Below are positions 17,435-26,148 of a stretch of DNA of 49,382 nucleotides, piece by piece; position 1 is the first letter of the stretch, and each line of letters opens with the position of its first letter. Source of the stretch: Candidatus Buchananbacteria bacterium CG10_big_fil_rev_8_21_14_0_10_33_19 (GTDB lineage Bacteria > Patescibacteriota > Patescibacteriia > 2-01-FULL-39-33); assembly GCA_002773855.1 (NCBI GenBank), contig PEZY01000002.1:1-49382 (forward strand). The letters run 5' to 3'. A program made the translations under genes and the position numbers. A model generated the notes under the pieces. It saw only the letters and a program-made list of their open reading frames with translations, was not told the DNA's origin and ran no database searches.

Positions 17435-17462
17435 AGTTAACGGGGATTAATCCCCGTTAACT
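17435..17462 (+). promoter_or_regulatory. 12-bp GC-cored hairpin between paralogs 2 and 3 (no T-tract)
   Basis: AGTTAACGGGGA-TTAA-TCCCCGTTAACT. Confidence 0.4.
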
Positions 17463-17476
17463 ACTATATTTACCTT

Positions 17477-17833
17477 ATGAAAAAATCAATCAAAAAATTA
17501 TTAGGAATAATATCTTTAGTTTTGCTGACTTGGCCAAGTATATCTAGTGCCCAATTAACAAATCTAAAAGGAGCTACCCCAGAATTACTGCAGGGTGGTA
17601 GCATCTATAGCATTATCGGTACTATTATCCAAACACTACTTGGTTTTGTTGGAGTTCTATTTATAGTTTTGGTAATCTATGGTGGTTTTACCTGGATGAC
17701 TGCTGGTGGTGATAGTGGTAAAGTTCAAAAAGCTAAGGATACTATTATAAAAGCGACAATTGGTATAGTCATAATTATGGCTTCATACGCTATAGTCTAT
17801 ACTATAATCAATCAAATAACTTTAGAAAGTTAA
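17477..17833 (+). CDS. T4SS-pilin-like protein, paralog 3
   Basis: Signal peptide ending SSAQ. Core YGGFTWMTAGGDSGKVQKAKD. Confidence 0.7.
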   Translation: MKKSIKKLLGIISLVLLTWPSISSAQLTNLKGATPELLQGGSIYSIIGTIIQTLLGFVGVLFIVLVIYGGFTWMTAGGDSGKVQKAKDTIIKATIGIVIIMASYAIVYTIINQITLES

Positions 17834-17864
17834 AAAAATAAATTAATAATTAATAAACAAAAAG

Positions 17865-18263
17865 ATGAAAAAACTAGCTAAAATGGTTCTTAGCTCATTA
17901 ATTCTAACCATGATATTTGCCACTGTATTGTCTGTATCGCCGGCTAATGTTTCAGCAGCTGTTTGGGATGATGGACTGACAAATTTTACCTCTGGAGCAA
18001 CTGACCTACCTAATGGTACTACTGACTTAAAAGCCGCTATTGGCGAGGTAATTCAAATATTTTTAGGCTTTTTAGGTATTCTTGCAGTAGTTTTAATTAT
18101 ATATGCTGGTTTCTTGTGGATGACTGCTGGTGGTGATAGTGGCAAAGTAGATAAAGCTAAAGATTACATTAAAAATGCGGTTATTGGTATTGTTATAATT
18201 TTAGCCGCCTACATTATTACTAGTTTCGTCTTGGAACAAGTAAATAATACATTAGGTATCTAA
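17865..18263 (+). CDS. T4SS-pilin-like protein, paralog 4
   Basis: Signal peptide ending VSAA. Core YAGFLWMTAGGDSGKVDKAKDYIKNAVIG. Confidence 0.7.
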   Translation: MKKLAKMVLSSLILTMIFATVLSVSPANVSAAVWDDGLTNFTSGATDLPNGTTDLKAAIGEVIQIFLGFLGILAVVLIIYAGFLWMTAGGDSGKVDKAKDYIKNAVIGIVIILAAYIITSFVLEQVNNTLGI

Positions 18264-18284
18264 TAGATCACAAAAAATATAAAA

Positions 18285-18315
18285 AACATCTCGGTTTGTC
18301 TGGGGATGTTTTTTG
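18285..18315 (+). terminator. Intrinsic terminator after paralog 4
   Basis: An 8-bp stem AACATCTC/GGGGATGTT followed by a T-run. Confidence 0.55.
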
Positions 18316-18326
18316 ATTTATTTAAT

Positions 18327-18355
18327 TTGTAAACTACAGTTAAATAAATTATAAT
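18327..18355 (+). promoter_or_regulatory. Promoter for paralog 5
   Basis: TTGTAA (18327-18332), 17-nt spacer, TATAAT (18350-18355). Confidence 0.45.
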
Positions 18356-18388
18356 TAAAATATATTAATCAAATACTATAAACTCATT

Positions 18389-18781
18389 ATGAAAAAAACT
18401 GCCAAAATAATTTTTAGCCTTGTTGTTTTAGTTACCGTTTTCTCGGTAGCTATAATGCCTCAAGCCAGAGCCAATGTTTTACTAGACGGTTTAACTAAAA
18501 CTGTCGAGGGCACCGATCTTAGCAATGGCACAACCGGTATTAATTTACCAATAGTAATTGGAAAAATTATTCAAATCTTTTTAAGCTTTTTAGGTGTTAT
18601 TGCTGTAATCATAATTATTTACGCTGGCTTCCTCTGGATGACTGCTGGTGGTGATAGCGGCAAAATTGAAAAGGCTAAAAGTTATATCAAAAATGCGGTC
18701 ATTGGTGTAGTGATAATTTTAACTTCTTATATTATTACTAGTTATGTTATAGAACAAGTTAGTAAAACCATAAAAGCTTAA
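18389..18781 (+). CDS. T4SS-pilin-like protein, paralog 5
   Basis: Signal peptide ending ARAN. Core YAGFLWMTAGGDSGKIEKAKSYIKNAVIG. Closest to paralog 4. Confidence 0.7.
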   Translation: MKKTAKIIFSLVVLVTVFSVAIMPQARANVLLDGLTKTVEGTDLSNGTTGINLPIVIGKIIQIFLSFLGVIAVIIIIYAGFLWMTAGGDSGKIEKAKSYIKNAVIGVVIILTSYIITSYVIEQVSKTIKA

Positions 18782-18798
18782 ATTCTAGTAAAAATAAA

Positions 18799-18830
18799 AC
18801 TCCCAGTTACTGGTAACTGGGAGTTGTTTT
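18799..18830. terminator. Bidirectional terminator
   Basis: An 11-bp stem ACTCCCAGTTA/TAACTGGGAGT with flanking A/T runs, between convergent genes. Confidence 0.65.
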
Positions 18831-18841
18831 AATTGGGGGGG

Positions 18842-19447
18842 TCAATGAATATCAACTCCATCCAAGCGGATATTAAAATCATAAATCTTATCACCAGTTT
18901 TCATTCGTCTGGAAGTATCCAAGGTGTCGTGGCCAATTAATTGACCACTTTCAGCATTATACACAATAACATCATACTTACCTTGAGGCACTAGAAGCTC
19001 TTGCTCCTCCCCAGGCCCAAAAGTGTAGGCCGACCCTAAGCCTCTAATTATAACTCTAATTGGATATTCAAAGGGATTATACAGCCGGCCAAAACCACCA
19101 TTCTGACCAGCTAAAGCTGGTACTTGACCACCAATACCAATCGCTCCACTACCACGCCCCCAGAAGCTGTTATTTTCGCTGATAGCGATCATGGCTTCTT
19201 TAGCATCGGTTCGAGCCTCGGGATTTTGAATATCACCCAAAGCCAAAGCTGCCGCATGACCATCAGCACCTTTATTAGCCGTCTGTGATGGGTCCACCTT
19301 TTGAGACGGATCATACATTGGCACTTTATTGCCGGTCCAGAGACCACTTTGTATACCAACAGGTGTCATTGTAGTAGCACAACCGGAAATTAACATTATT
19401 TCAAAAATAACCACTAAAATCAGTAAAAAATTGGTGTATTTTTTCAT
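18842..19447 (-). CDS. Lipoprotein, hypothetical
   Basis: Lipobox MLISGC. Gly-rich middle region. No family was recognised. Clearly higher GC than the neighbouring genes. Confidence 0.65.
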   Translation of the reverse strand: MKKYTNFLLILVVIFEIMLISGCATTMTPVGIQSGLWTGNKVPMYDPSQKVDPSQTANKGADGHAAALALGDIQNPEARTDAKEAMIAISENNSFWGRGSGAIGIGGQVPALAGQNGGFGRLYNPFEYPIRVIIRGLGSAYTFGPGEEQELLVPQGKYDVIVYNAESGQLIGHDTLDTSRRMKTGDKIYDFNIRLDGVDIH

Positions 19448-19530
19448 GGTATTCTCCTTTTTATTTTCGTTGAGAGCTATTTTTAATGTTCAAATACACC
19501 TAGACAATATCATTTTTTTTGAATTTTGTC

Positions 19531-19572
19531 AATAAAAAGAGGCTTATTTTTACATTTTCGTAAAATAAGCCT
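19531..19572 (-). terminator. Terminator after the GT2 gene
   Basis: An 11-bp stem AGGCTTATTTT/AAAATAAGCCT followed by a T-run on the minus strand. It overlaps the -35 box (TTGACA, 19532-19527) of the lipoprotein promoter. Confidence 0.55.
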
Positions 19573-19589
19573 AATCAATGACTTATATT

Positions 19590-20306
19590 TTACCTTAGCA
19601 ACCTTACTTTAAGTAAAATAGATTGTTTTAGATAATTTAACGATGTAGAAAAAATATTAACCTTACTTTGACGGTTATTATTATCAACTGCAGACCAAAT
19701 AACCGGTATTTCTAATATTTTAAAACCTTGTTTATTAGCTAAAACCAATAACTCTGTGTCCCAAAAAAATTCCTGATTTTCAATTTCTGACAATAAACTA
19801 TCCCGTACATTTCTAGTTACTACTTTAAAGCCACAGGGAAAATCATTAATTTTTAATAAAAAAAGAATCTTAAAGAACCAGCGATAGCACTGAGAAATAA
19901 ATTTACGTTGCCAGGATCTAGTAACCTGTGATTGTTTATGAAATCTTGAACCAATTACTAAATCCAGTCCGGATTTAATTTGCTTAATTGCTATTATTAG
20001 AGCTGATAAATCAGTAGCTAAATCGGCATCCATAAAGCAATATAAATCAGCATCGTATTTAGACCAAGCTGAAGCAATAGCTAAACCCTTGCCTTTTTGA
20101 CCAATAAACAAATGCTCGACATTAGAATAACTAAGCGATAAATTATCAGCTATTTGACCAGTTTTATCAGTAGAATTATTATTAGCAATAACAATTACAA
20201 ATTGATCATTAACTAAGTTATTAAAACAAAAATCTATTATTTTTTTTACACTATCAGTCAAAATAAATTCTTCGTTATAAGCCGGTAAAGCTATTAATAT
20301 TTTCAT
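19590..20306 (-). CDS. GT2 glycosyltransferase, polyprenyl-phosphate sugar synthase-like (DPM1/ArnC type)
   Basis: MKILIALPAYNEE..., DADL motif, 238 aa. Confidence 0.8.
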   Translation of the reverse strand: MKILIALPAYNEEFILTDSVKKIIDFCFNNLVNDQFVIVIANNNSTDKTGQIADNLSLSYSNVEHLFIGQKGKGLAIASAWSKYDADLYCFMDADLATDLSALIIAIKQIKSGLDLVIGSRFHKQSQVTRSWQRKFISQCYRWFFKILFLLKINDFPCGFKVVTRNVRDSLLSEIENQEFFWDTELLVLANKQGFKILEIPVIWSAVDNNNRQSKVNIFSTSLNYLKQSILLKVRLLR

Positions 20307-20335
20307 TTAAAGACTCCAGTTTGTTAATAATTAAT

Positions 20336-21988
20336 TTATAAAACCATATAGATAACCGCTTCATTATCTGAATATACTTTATCAAAATAAAAATTATTAT
20401 CCAAATTACTGATCATTTCTTTATGATCAGTGGTCGCCAAAATATATTTGGCTTTAAAATTATTTTTAATAATATTATATAAATTATCTGATAGTTGACC
20501 ACGGGTAATTTCTGACCATTGATAATAAAGATCTTTATTATATAAATACATAAAGGTTGGGTCGAGTCCTACAATATAATAATTTTTACTATTATGATAA
20601 AACAAGATCGGAAATTCATCCCAATCACTGTGAAAAACTATATCACCTTCTTCACTATTATTTATTAAATATTGTGAAGCTGATTTTAAGTAATTAAAAT
20701 TAAAACCATTATCTAAACTGCTTTTAGCATGATAAGGCATAATATAAAAAAGTGAAGAAATAATAACTACTAAAAAAAATATTAATAAAATTTTAACATA
20801 TAAATTATGAAAAAAAACTTTCTTGATTATTTTTTTAAATTCTTTTAAATCATTTTTAATTTCTAAAATATACATTGACTGGCTAAAAGTCATGGCTGAA
20901 AAAATAATTGCAAATGGTGCTAAATATTCAATATTTCTTCGAGATTTAATAGTGGCTAAAATAAAAGCTAAAAATAAAGCCAACGAATATTTGGCCACAA
21001 TATTAAATTTTTGATGATAATTTAAAAATAAAATCAAAGCCACAAAACTTAAAGAAAAAGATAAGCTATTATTTATAAAAAAATCACTCACTTTATACGG
21101 ATACCATTCAGCACCAACACCGATAATTGATTGGTAATTAACAAAAGCAATTTTAATAATATGAATGTAGTAAAATTCTAAATTTTTTGGAAAATAAGGA
21201 TTTATAATTAAACCCAAAACCAAACCAATTAAAACACTAAATAATAGTTTTATATTATTAGAATTAAAAATATTTTTTAAAAAAGTAATAATAAATAAAT
21301 TAATTTTATCCAATAAATCTGTTTTTTTAAATTTTAAATTAATAATATTGCTTAACCAATGATTGTGTATTTTTAAAAAAGCCAAATCTAAACTTTCTAC
21401 AAACACATAAAGTGAGGCAATAATAAACATTAAAAACCAACCACCATAAGACCAGACATACAAAAAAGATAGTAAAATCAACCAATAATATCGCCTTTGA
21501 GTGATTAAATAAAAACCTAAAAATAAAATTATCAAAGATAATGGCTGAGCTTTAATTAAACTCATTCTAAAAATAAAAGATTCAATAAATAATAAAAAAA
21601 CAATATACCAAAAAGCCCCATTAATTTTAAACTTCAAAAATAACCAATATAAAATTAACAAGGCTATTGAGACCAGTATTATGTGTCCAATTTTGGCACC
21701 TACTAATGGTGGTAACAATTTTACAAAAGGAACTAAGTAAATATGATATAACAAATGGTGATCAATATAACCGGAATTTAAAGTGGTAAATTGTAAATAA
21801 GGAAAATCCCTAACTATCCCATGTTCACTAATTAACTGCGCCACTTTTGTATGATAAAAAGAATCTGGATCAGAAAAAGTTGGGGCATACTCTAACCAAG
21901 AAAAAAAAGTAAAACATATTAAAAAAAGCAACAGACCAGCTATTGCTTTATTGTCAGTTAACCAATTATTAATTTTTGTAAAAAACAT
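20336..21988 (-). CDS. Large multi-pass GT-C-type membrane glycosyltransferase (ArnT/PMT/STT3-like)
   Basis: 550 aa with more than 10 TM helices. The acidic loop motif FSDPDSFYH follows TM1. It has a soluble C-terminal domain and is adjacent to the GT2 synthase. Confidence 0.6.
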   Translation of the reverse strand: MFFTKINNWLTDNKAIAGLLLFLICFTFFSWLEYAPTFSDPDSFYHTKVAQLISEHGIVRDFPYLQFTTLNSGYIDHHLLYHIYLVPFVKLLPPLVGAKIGHIILVSIALLILYWLFLKFKINGAFWYIVFLLFIESFIFRMSLIKAQPLSLIILFLGFYLITQRRYYWLILLSFLYVWSYGGWFLMFIIASLYVFVESLDLAFLKIHNHWLSNIINLKFKKTDLLDKINLFIITFLKNIFNSNNIKLLFSVLIGLVLGLIINPYFPKNLEFYYIHIIKIAFVNYQSIIGVGAEWYPYKVSDFFINNSLSFSLSFVALILFLNYHQKFNIVAKYSLALFLAFILATIKSRRNIEYLAPFAIIFSAMTFSQSMYILEIKNDLKEFKKIIKKVFFHNLYVKILLIFFLVVIISSLFYIMPYHAKSSLDNGFNFNYLKSASQYLINNSEEGDIVFHSDWDEFPILFYHNSKNYYIVGLDPTFMYLYNKDLYYQWSEITRGQLSDNLYNIIKNNFKAKYILATTDHKEMISNLDNNFYFDKVYSDNEAVIYMVL

Positions 21989-21995
21989 GTTTAAT

Positions 21996-23066
21996 TTATT
22001 TGGCTAATTCTTTCTTAAAAAAATCAACATAAGGAATGGCTGTTGGATTTTGACCATTTAAAATGGTTAAATAATAACTAGTCCATGAACCTAAAAGTAA
22101 TATTTCTAAAGCAGTTAATAATTTACTATCGCTATTAATAGAGTAATCTATGAATTTTATTTTTTGATTTTTTAAAACTTTTTCAGTCACATAAAATCTT
22201 TTTTTAATTATATCTGAATATAAATTAGAATTAAAAAATAAAAATTTTATTTTGGAAGTAATTAAATTTGGTAATTTTAAACCCTCAAGCAAATGATGAT
22301 TTAATTCTGGTATTGAATAATATTGGGCTAAATTTTTAGCACTTTCATTTATTTGATTATTTAATATATGAATATTAGCTGTTAAAAAATCAGCTGATAC
22401 TAGTATTGGTAATTGATCTTGTAATTCTAGGGCTAATTTTTTAGCAAAATTATTACTACTATTTATTTCTGGTAAAAAACTTTGATTTAATATAGACAAA
22501 TATTCACAAGATTGTTTAATATCTTGGTTATTAATCTTAATTAATTTTAATTTACTAAATAATGCTAGTATTGCTCCTAATTGCAAGCCAATGGCATATC
22601 TTGGTTGATTTGATGGATTATAATCTGTATTTATTTGATAAAAAGGAATTTTATTTTTCTTAGCTATAGAAATTATTTTACCACCACTAGCAAAACAAAA
22701 AACCTTAGCTTTTTTAGAAATTGCTTCTTTTAAACAATTAACTATTTCTTCGGTATTTCCAGAATAACTAGAAATAATTACTAATGTTTTATTATTTACA
22801 AATTCTGGTAAGTTATAGTTTCTAACTAAAATATAAGGAATTTTTATATCTGTATTATAAATACTCCTAATTAATTCCGTGGCCAAATTAGAACCGCCCA
22901 TGCCACAAACTACTAGATTTTGAAAGTTATTATAATTTTTTAACGCCTTTATTTTCGACATTTCATCCCAAGATTGATTAATTTGATCCGGTAAAAATGA
23001 TATAGTATCAGCTACCTTTGATTTATTATATCTTTTAAGTGTTTTTAGATCATCTAATATTTTCAT
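21996..23066 (-). CDS. Bifunctional phosphoglucose/phosphomannose isomerase (SIS domains)
   Basis: CGMGGSNLA, SYSGNTEE, PELNHHLLEG. Confidence 0.8.
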   Translation of the reverse strand: MKILDDLKTLKRYNKSKVADTISFLPDQINQSWDEMSKIKALKNYNNFQNLVVCGMGGSNLATELIRSIYNTDIKIPYILVRNYNLPEFVNNKTLVIISSYSGNTEEIVNCLKEAISKKAKVFCFASGGKIISIAKKNKIPFYQINTDYNPSNQPRYAIGLQLGAILALFSKLKLIKINNQDIKQSCEYLSILNQSFLPEINSSNNFAKKLALELQDQLPILVSADFLTANIHILNNQINESAKNLAQYYSIPELNHHLLEGLKLPNLITSKIKFLFFNSNLYSDIIKKRFYVTEKVLKNQKIKFIDYSINSDSKLLTALEILLLGSWTSYYLTILNGQNPTAIPYVDFFKKELAK

Positions 23067-23201
23067 AGATATTAATTATAATAATTATCTTAATAAGATT
23101 ATTTTAATTCTAACAGATTTAAGATAATTATACCATTGATTTTTATGTCTATATATGGCATAATCCAGATAGATTATTTCACAAATAGTTAATTTTATTT
23201 T

Positions 23202-23936
23202 ATGTCAGGACACAGTAAATGGGCGAAAGTCCATAGACAAAAATCAGTCGCCGATTCTAAAAAAGGTGCTGTTTTTACCAAACTAGGAAACTTAATAACT
23301 ATTGCCGCCAAAGAGGGTGGCGGTGATACTGAAAATAATTTTAAATTAAGATTGGCTGTAGAAAAGGCTCGAGCAGCTAACATGCCAAAAGATAATATTG
23401 AAAGAGCTATTAAAAGAGGTGCTGGTACTGGTGATGGTAAAAATGTCCTAGAAGAAATAACCTACGAAGTCTTTGGTCCAAACAATAGTCTTTTTATAAT
23501 AGAGACTATTACCGACAACAAAAATAGAACGGTATCTGATTTAAAAACAGTTTTAAGTAAAAATAATGGCCAATTAGGTGGCCCTAATAGCGTAATTTGG
23601 CAATTTGAAAGAAAGGGTATAATTTTAATCGACAATAGTCAAATATTCAATATTAATACGGAGGACTTGGAATTAAATTTAATAGATGCTGGGGCAGAAG
23701 ATATTAAAAAAAGTGATGACGGACTAGAAATAATCACTGCTAGTGATAAATTACAAGAAGTGGAGAAAAACATCAAAAAATTAAACATTGAAATTAATGA
23801 ATCATTATTGGGTTTTAAACCAAAAGATGAATTAAATATAATCGATCAAGACGCTCAAGATAAAATTGAAAAACTATATAACACCATAGATGATCTTGAT
23901 GATGTTAATAATATTTATACTAATGCCAACTGGTAA
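23202..23936 (+). CDS. yebC: YebC/PmpR family DNA-binding regulator
   Basis: MSGHSKWAKVHRQK..., KLRLAVEKARAANMPKDNIERAI. Confidence 0.9.
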   Translation: MSGHSKWAKVHRQKSVADSKKGAVFTKLGNLITIAAKEGGGDTENNFKLRLAVEKARAANMPKDNIERAIKRGAGTGDGKNVLEEITYEVFGPNNSLFIIETITDNKNRTVSDLKTVLSKNNGQLGGPNSVIWQFERKGIILIDNSQIFNINTEDLELNLIDAGAEDIKKSDDGLEIITASDKLQEVEKNIKKLNIEINESLLGFKPKDELNIIDQDAQDKIEKLYNTIDDLDDVNNIYTNANW

Positions 23937-24414
23937 AAAATTAACAATTTTAGGAATAGACCCAGGCATTGCTGATACTGGTTATGGTGTAATAATCTTT
24001 GAGAACAATAAAATTATTCCAATTGACTATGGCTCAATAACTACTGATAAAAAAATAATTCTAGCTAAAAGATTAGAAAAATTAGAAACTGATCTTAAAA
24101 AAATTATAAAAAAATATCAACCAGATATTATAGGTATTGAACAGTTATTTTTTTGTAACAACGCCAAAACAATTATAAGTGTTGGTCAAGCTAGGGGAGT
24201 TATAATGTTAACAGCTGCTAAAAATAATATCCACATCAAAGAATTTACACCATTACAAGTCAAACAAGGAGTAACTGGTTATGGTAAGGCTGATAAAAAA
24301 CAAATCCAACAAATGATTAAAATTATATTGGGTTTAAATGAAATACCAAAGCCGGATGATGCCGCTGATGCTTTAGCCATTGCTATTTGCGCTATAAATA
24401 CTAATATATTTTAA
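23923..24414 (+). CDS. ruvC: Crossover junction endodeoxyribonuclease RuvC
   Basis: ILGIDPGIADTGYGVI, IEQLFF, DDAADALAIAIC. ATG 23923 overlaps the end of yebC. Confidence 0.9.
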   Translation: MPTGKKLTILGIDPGIADTGYGVIIFENNKIIPIDYGSITTDKKIILAKRLEKLETDLKKIIKKYQPDIIGIEQLFFCNNAKTIISVGQARGVIMLTAAKNNIHIKEFTPLQVKQGVTGYGKADKKQIQQMIKIILGLNEIPKPDDAADALAIAICAINTNIF

Positions 24415-24418
24415 AAAA

Positions 24419-25201
24419 ATGAATTCTTTAAAGCCTATAGTATCTGTCTTAATACCGGTTTACAATTGTGAAAAATATTTAAAGGAAGCTGTAAATTCTG
24501 TTTTAAATCAAACTTATCAAAATTTTGAAATCATTATTATAAATGATGCCTCTACTGACAAAAGCCAAAAAATTGCTGAAAAATTTGTAAATCAAGATAA
24601 GCGAATTAAATTAATTAATCATAAAAAAAATAAATTTCGCTCTGGAGCTTTAAATTCCGGACTTAAAATATCTACTGGATCATATATTTCATTTTTAGAC
24701 GCTGATGACTATTATCACCACGATAAATTAAAAAAACAAATTATTTTTTTAGAAAAAAATAAAAAAATAGATATGGTTTATAGTAATTTTAATTATATAA
24801 ATCTAAAAAAAGAAATAATATTTAGAGAAGCAATTGATTTTAAAATTAATCCTAAAAAAATATTAATAACTGCCTCAAAAAATAAAGATGTAAAAAATTT
24901 TCCCAGTTATAAAATATTATGTCACAACAATAATTGTCGTATTATTCCAAGTTGCTCACCATTAATTAGAAAAAAAGTCTTTAAAAATATTAAATTTGAT
25001 GAAAAATTAGTTACCTCACAAGATTATGATTTATGGTTTCAAATAATTGGTCATAATTTTAAAATAGCTAAATTACCTATTATATCTTATTACTATCGAC
25101 ATCATCCCAATCAAATTAGTACTAGTAAAAACAAAGAGAAGCGTAAAAAATCACATAAAAGAATTATTAAAAAGCTTATTACTGGAGTATATTTTAAATA
25201 A
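24419..25201 (+). CDS. GT2 glycosyltransferase
   Basis: VSVLIPVYNCEKYLKEAVNSVLNQTYQNFEIIIINDASTD, LDADD. Confidence 0.85.
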   Translation: MNSLKPIVSVLIPVYNCEKYLKEAVNSVLNQTYQNFEIIIINDASTDKSQKIAEKFVNQDKRIKLINHKKNKFRSGALNSGLKISTGSYISFLDADDYYHHDKLKKQIIFLEKNKKIDMVYSNFNYINLKKEIIFREAIDFKINPKKILITASKNKDVKNFPSYKILCHNNNCRIIPSCSPLIRKKVFKNIKFDEKLVTSQDYDLWFQIIGHNFKIAKLPIISYYYRHHPNQISTSKNKEKRKKSHKRIIKKLITGVYFK

Positions 25202-26143
25202 ATGAAAAAGCCAAAAATACTTTTAATTCCTAATATTCCTAATTGGGCTTTTGATAACCAAGCAAAACAACTTAAAAAAAGATTATCAAAATATTATAAT
25301 ATTGATATTAAATATCATAGTGATTTTAAAAAAATCACAAAAAATAATTTAGAAGAGTATAAATGTATTTTTGTATTTTTTTGGCCAGCTTTAAATACAA
25401 TTTTAAAATACTTAACACCTGAAACAGCTAAACAAAAATTAATTACTGGAATTTTTAGTTATAATAGTTGGAAAGGTAAAAAAAATTTAGCAAAAAAACA
25501 ATTTAATAAGTGTCGTGGTATTATTATTAACAACAAAAAAATAGTAAATCTATTTAAATCAAAAGAAAACAAGTATGAAATATTTTATATGCCTAAATCA
25601 GTTGATAGTGAAATATTTTATCCCCAAAAAAACAAACCAACAAAAAATAAAACTAATAAATTAATTATTGGCTGGGCTGGAAATCCAGATCATGTTGATC
25701 GTAATTATAAAGGTTATTGGAATATATTATTACCTGTTTACAAAAAAAATACAGATTGGTTAGAATTAAAAACTGCTTTTAATAAAGATAATTTTATTCC
25801 TCACCATAAAATGAATGACTTTTATAATTCTATTGATGTTTTAATTTGTGTTAGTAAAGCAGAAACTGGACCAAATACAGTTTTAGAAGCTGGTGCCTGC
25901 AAGGTGGCTATTATATCCACTAAAGTAGGTATTGTCGAAGAAATTATAAAAGATAATTATAATGGATTAATTATTAATCGCAATCAAAAATCATTAGAAG
26001 AAAGTTTAAAAAAATTATATAATAATAAAAAATTAAAAAATAAATTAGCTAATAACTTATATAATAAAATTATAAAAGATCATACTTTCAAAAAAAACAT
26101 AAAATCATATCATGGATTATTTAAATATATTATTAAACAATAG
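25202..26143 (+). CDS. GT1/GT4-like glycosyltransferase (C-terminal Rossmann half recognisable)
   Basis: ETGPNTVLEAGACKVAIISTKVGIVEEIIKDNYNGLII. Confidence 0.65.
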   Translation: MKKPKILLIPNIPNWAFDNQAKQLKKRLSKYYNIDIKYHSDFKKITKNNLEEYKCIFVFFWPALNTILKYLTPETAKQKLITGIFSYNSWKGKKNLAKKQFNKCRGIIINNKKIVNLFKSKENKYEIFYMPKSVDSEIFYPQKNKPTKNKTNKLIIGWAGNPDHVDRNYKGYWNILLPVYKKNTDWLELKTAFNKDNFIPHHKMNDFYNSIDVLICVSKAETGPNTVLEAGACKVAIISTKVGIVEEIIKDNYNGLIINRNQKSLEESLKKLYNNKKLKNKLANNLYNKIIKDHTFKKNIKSYHGLFKYIIKQ

Positions 26144-26148
26144 CACTT

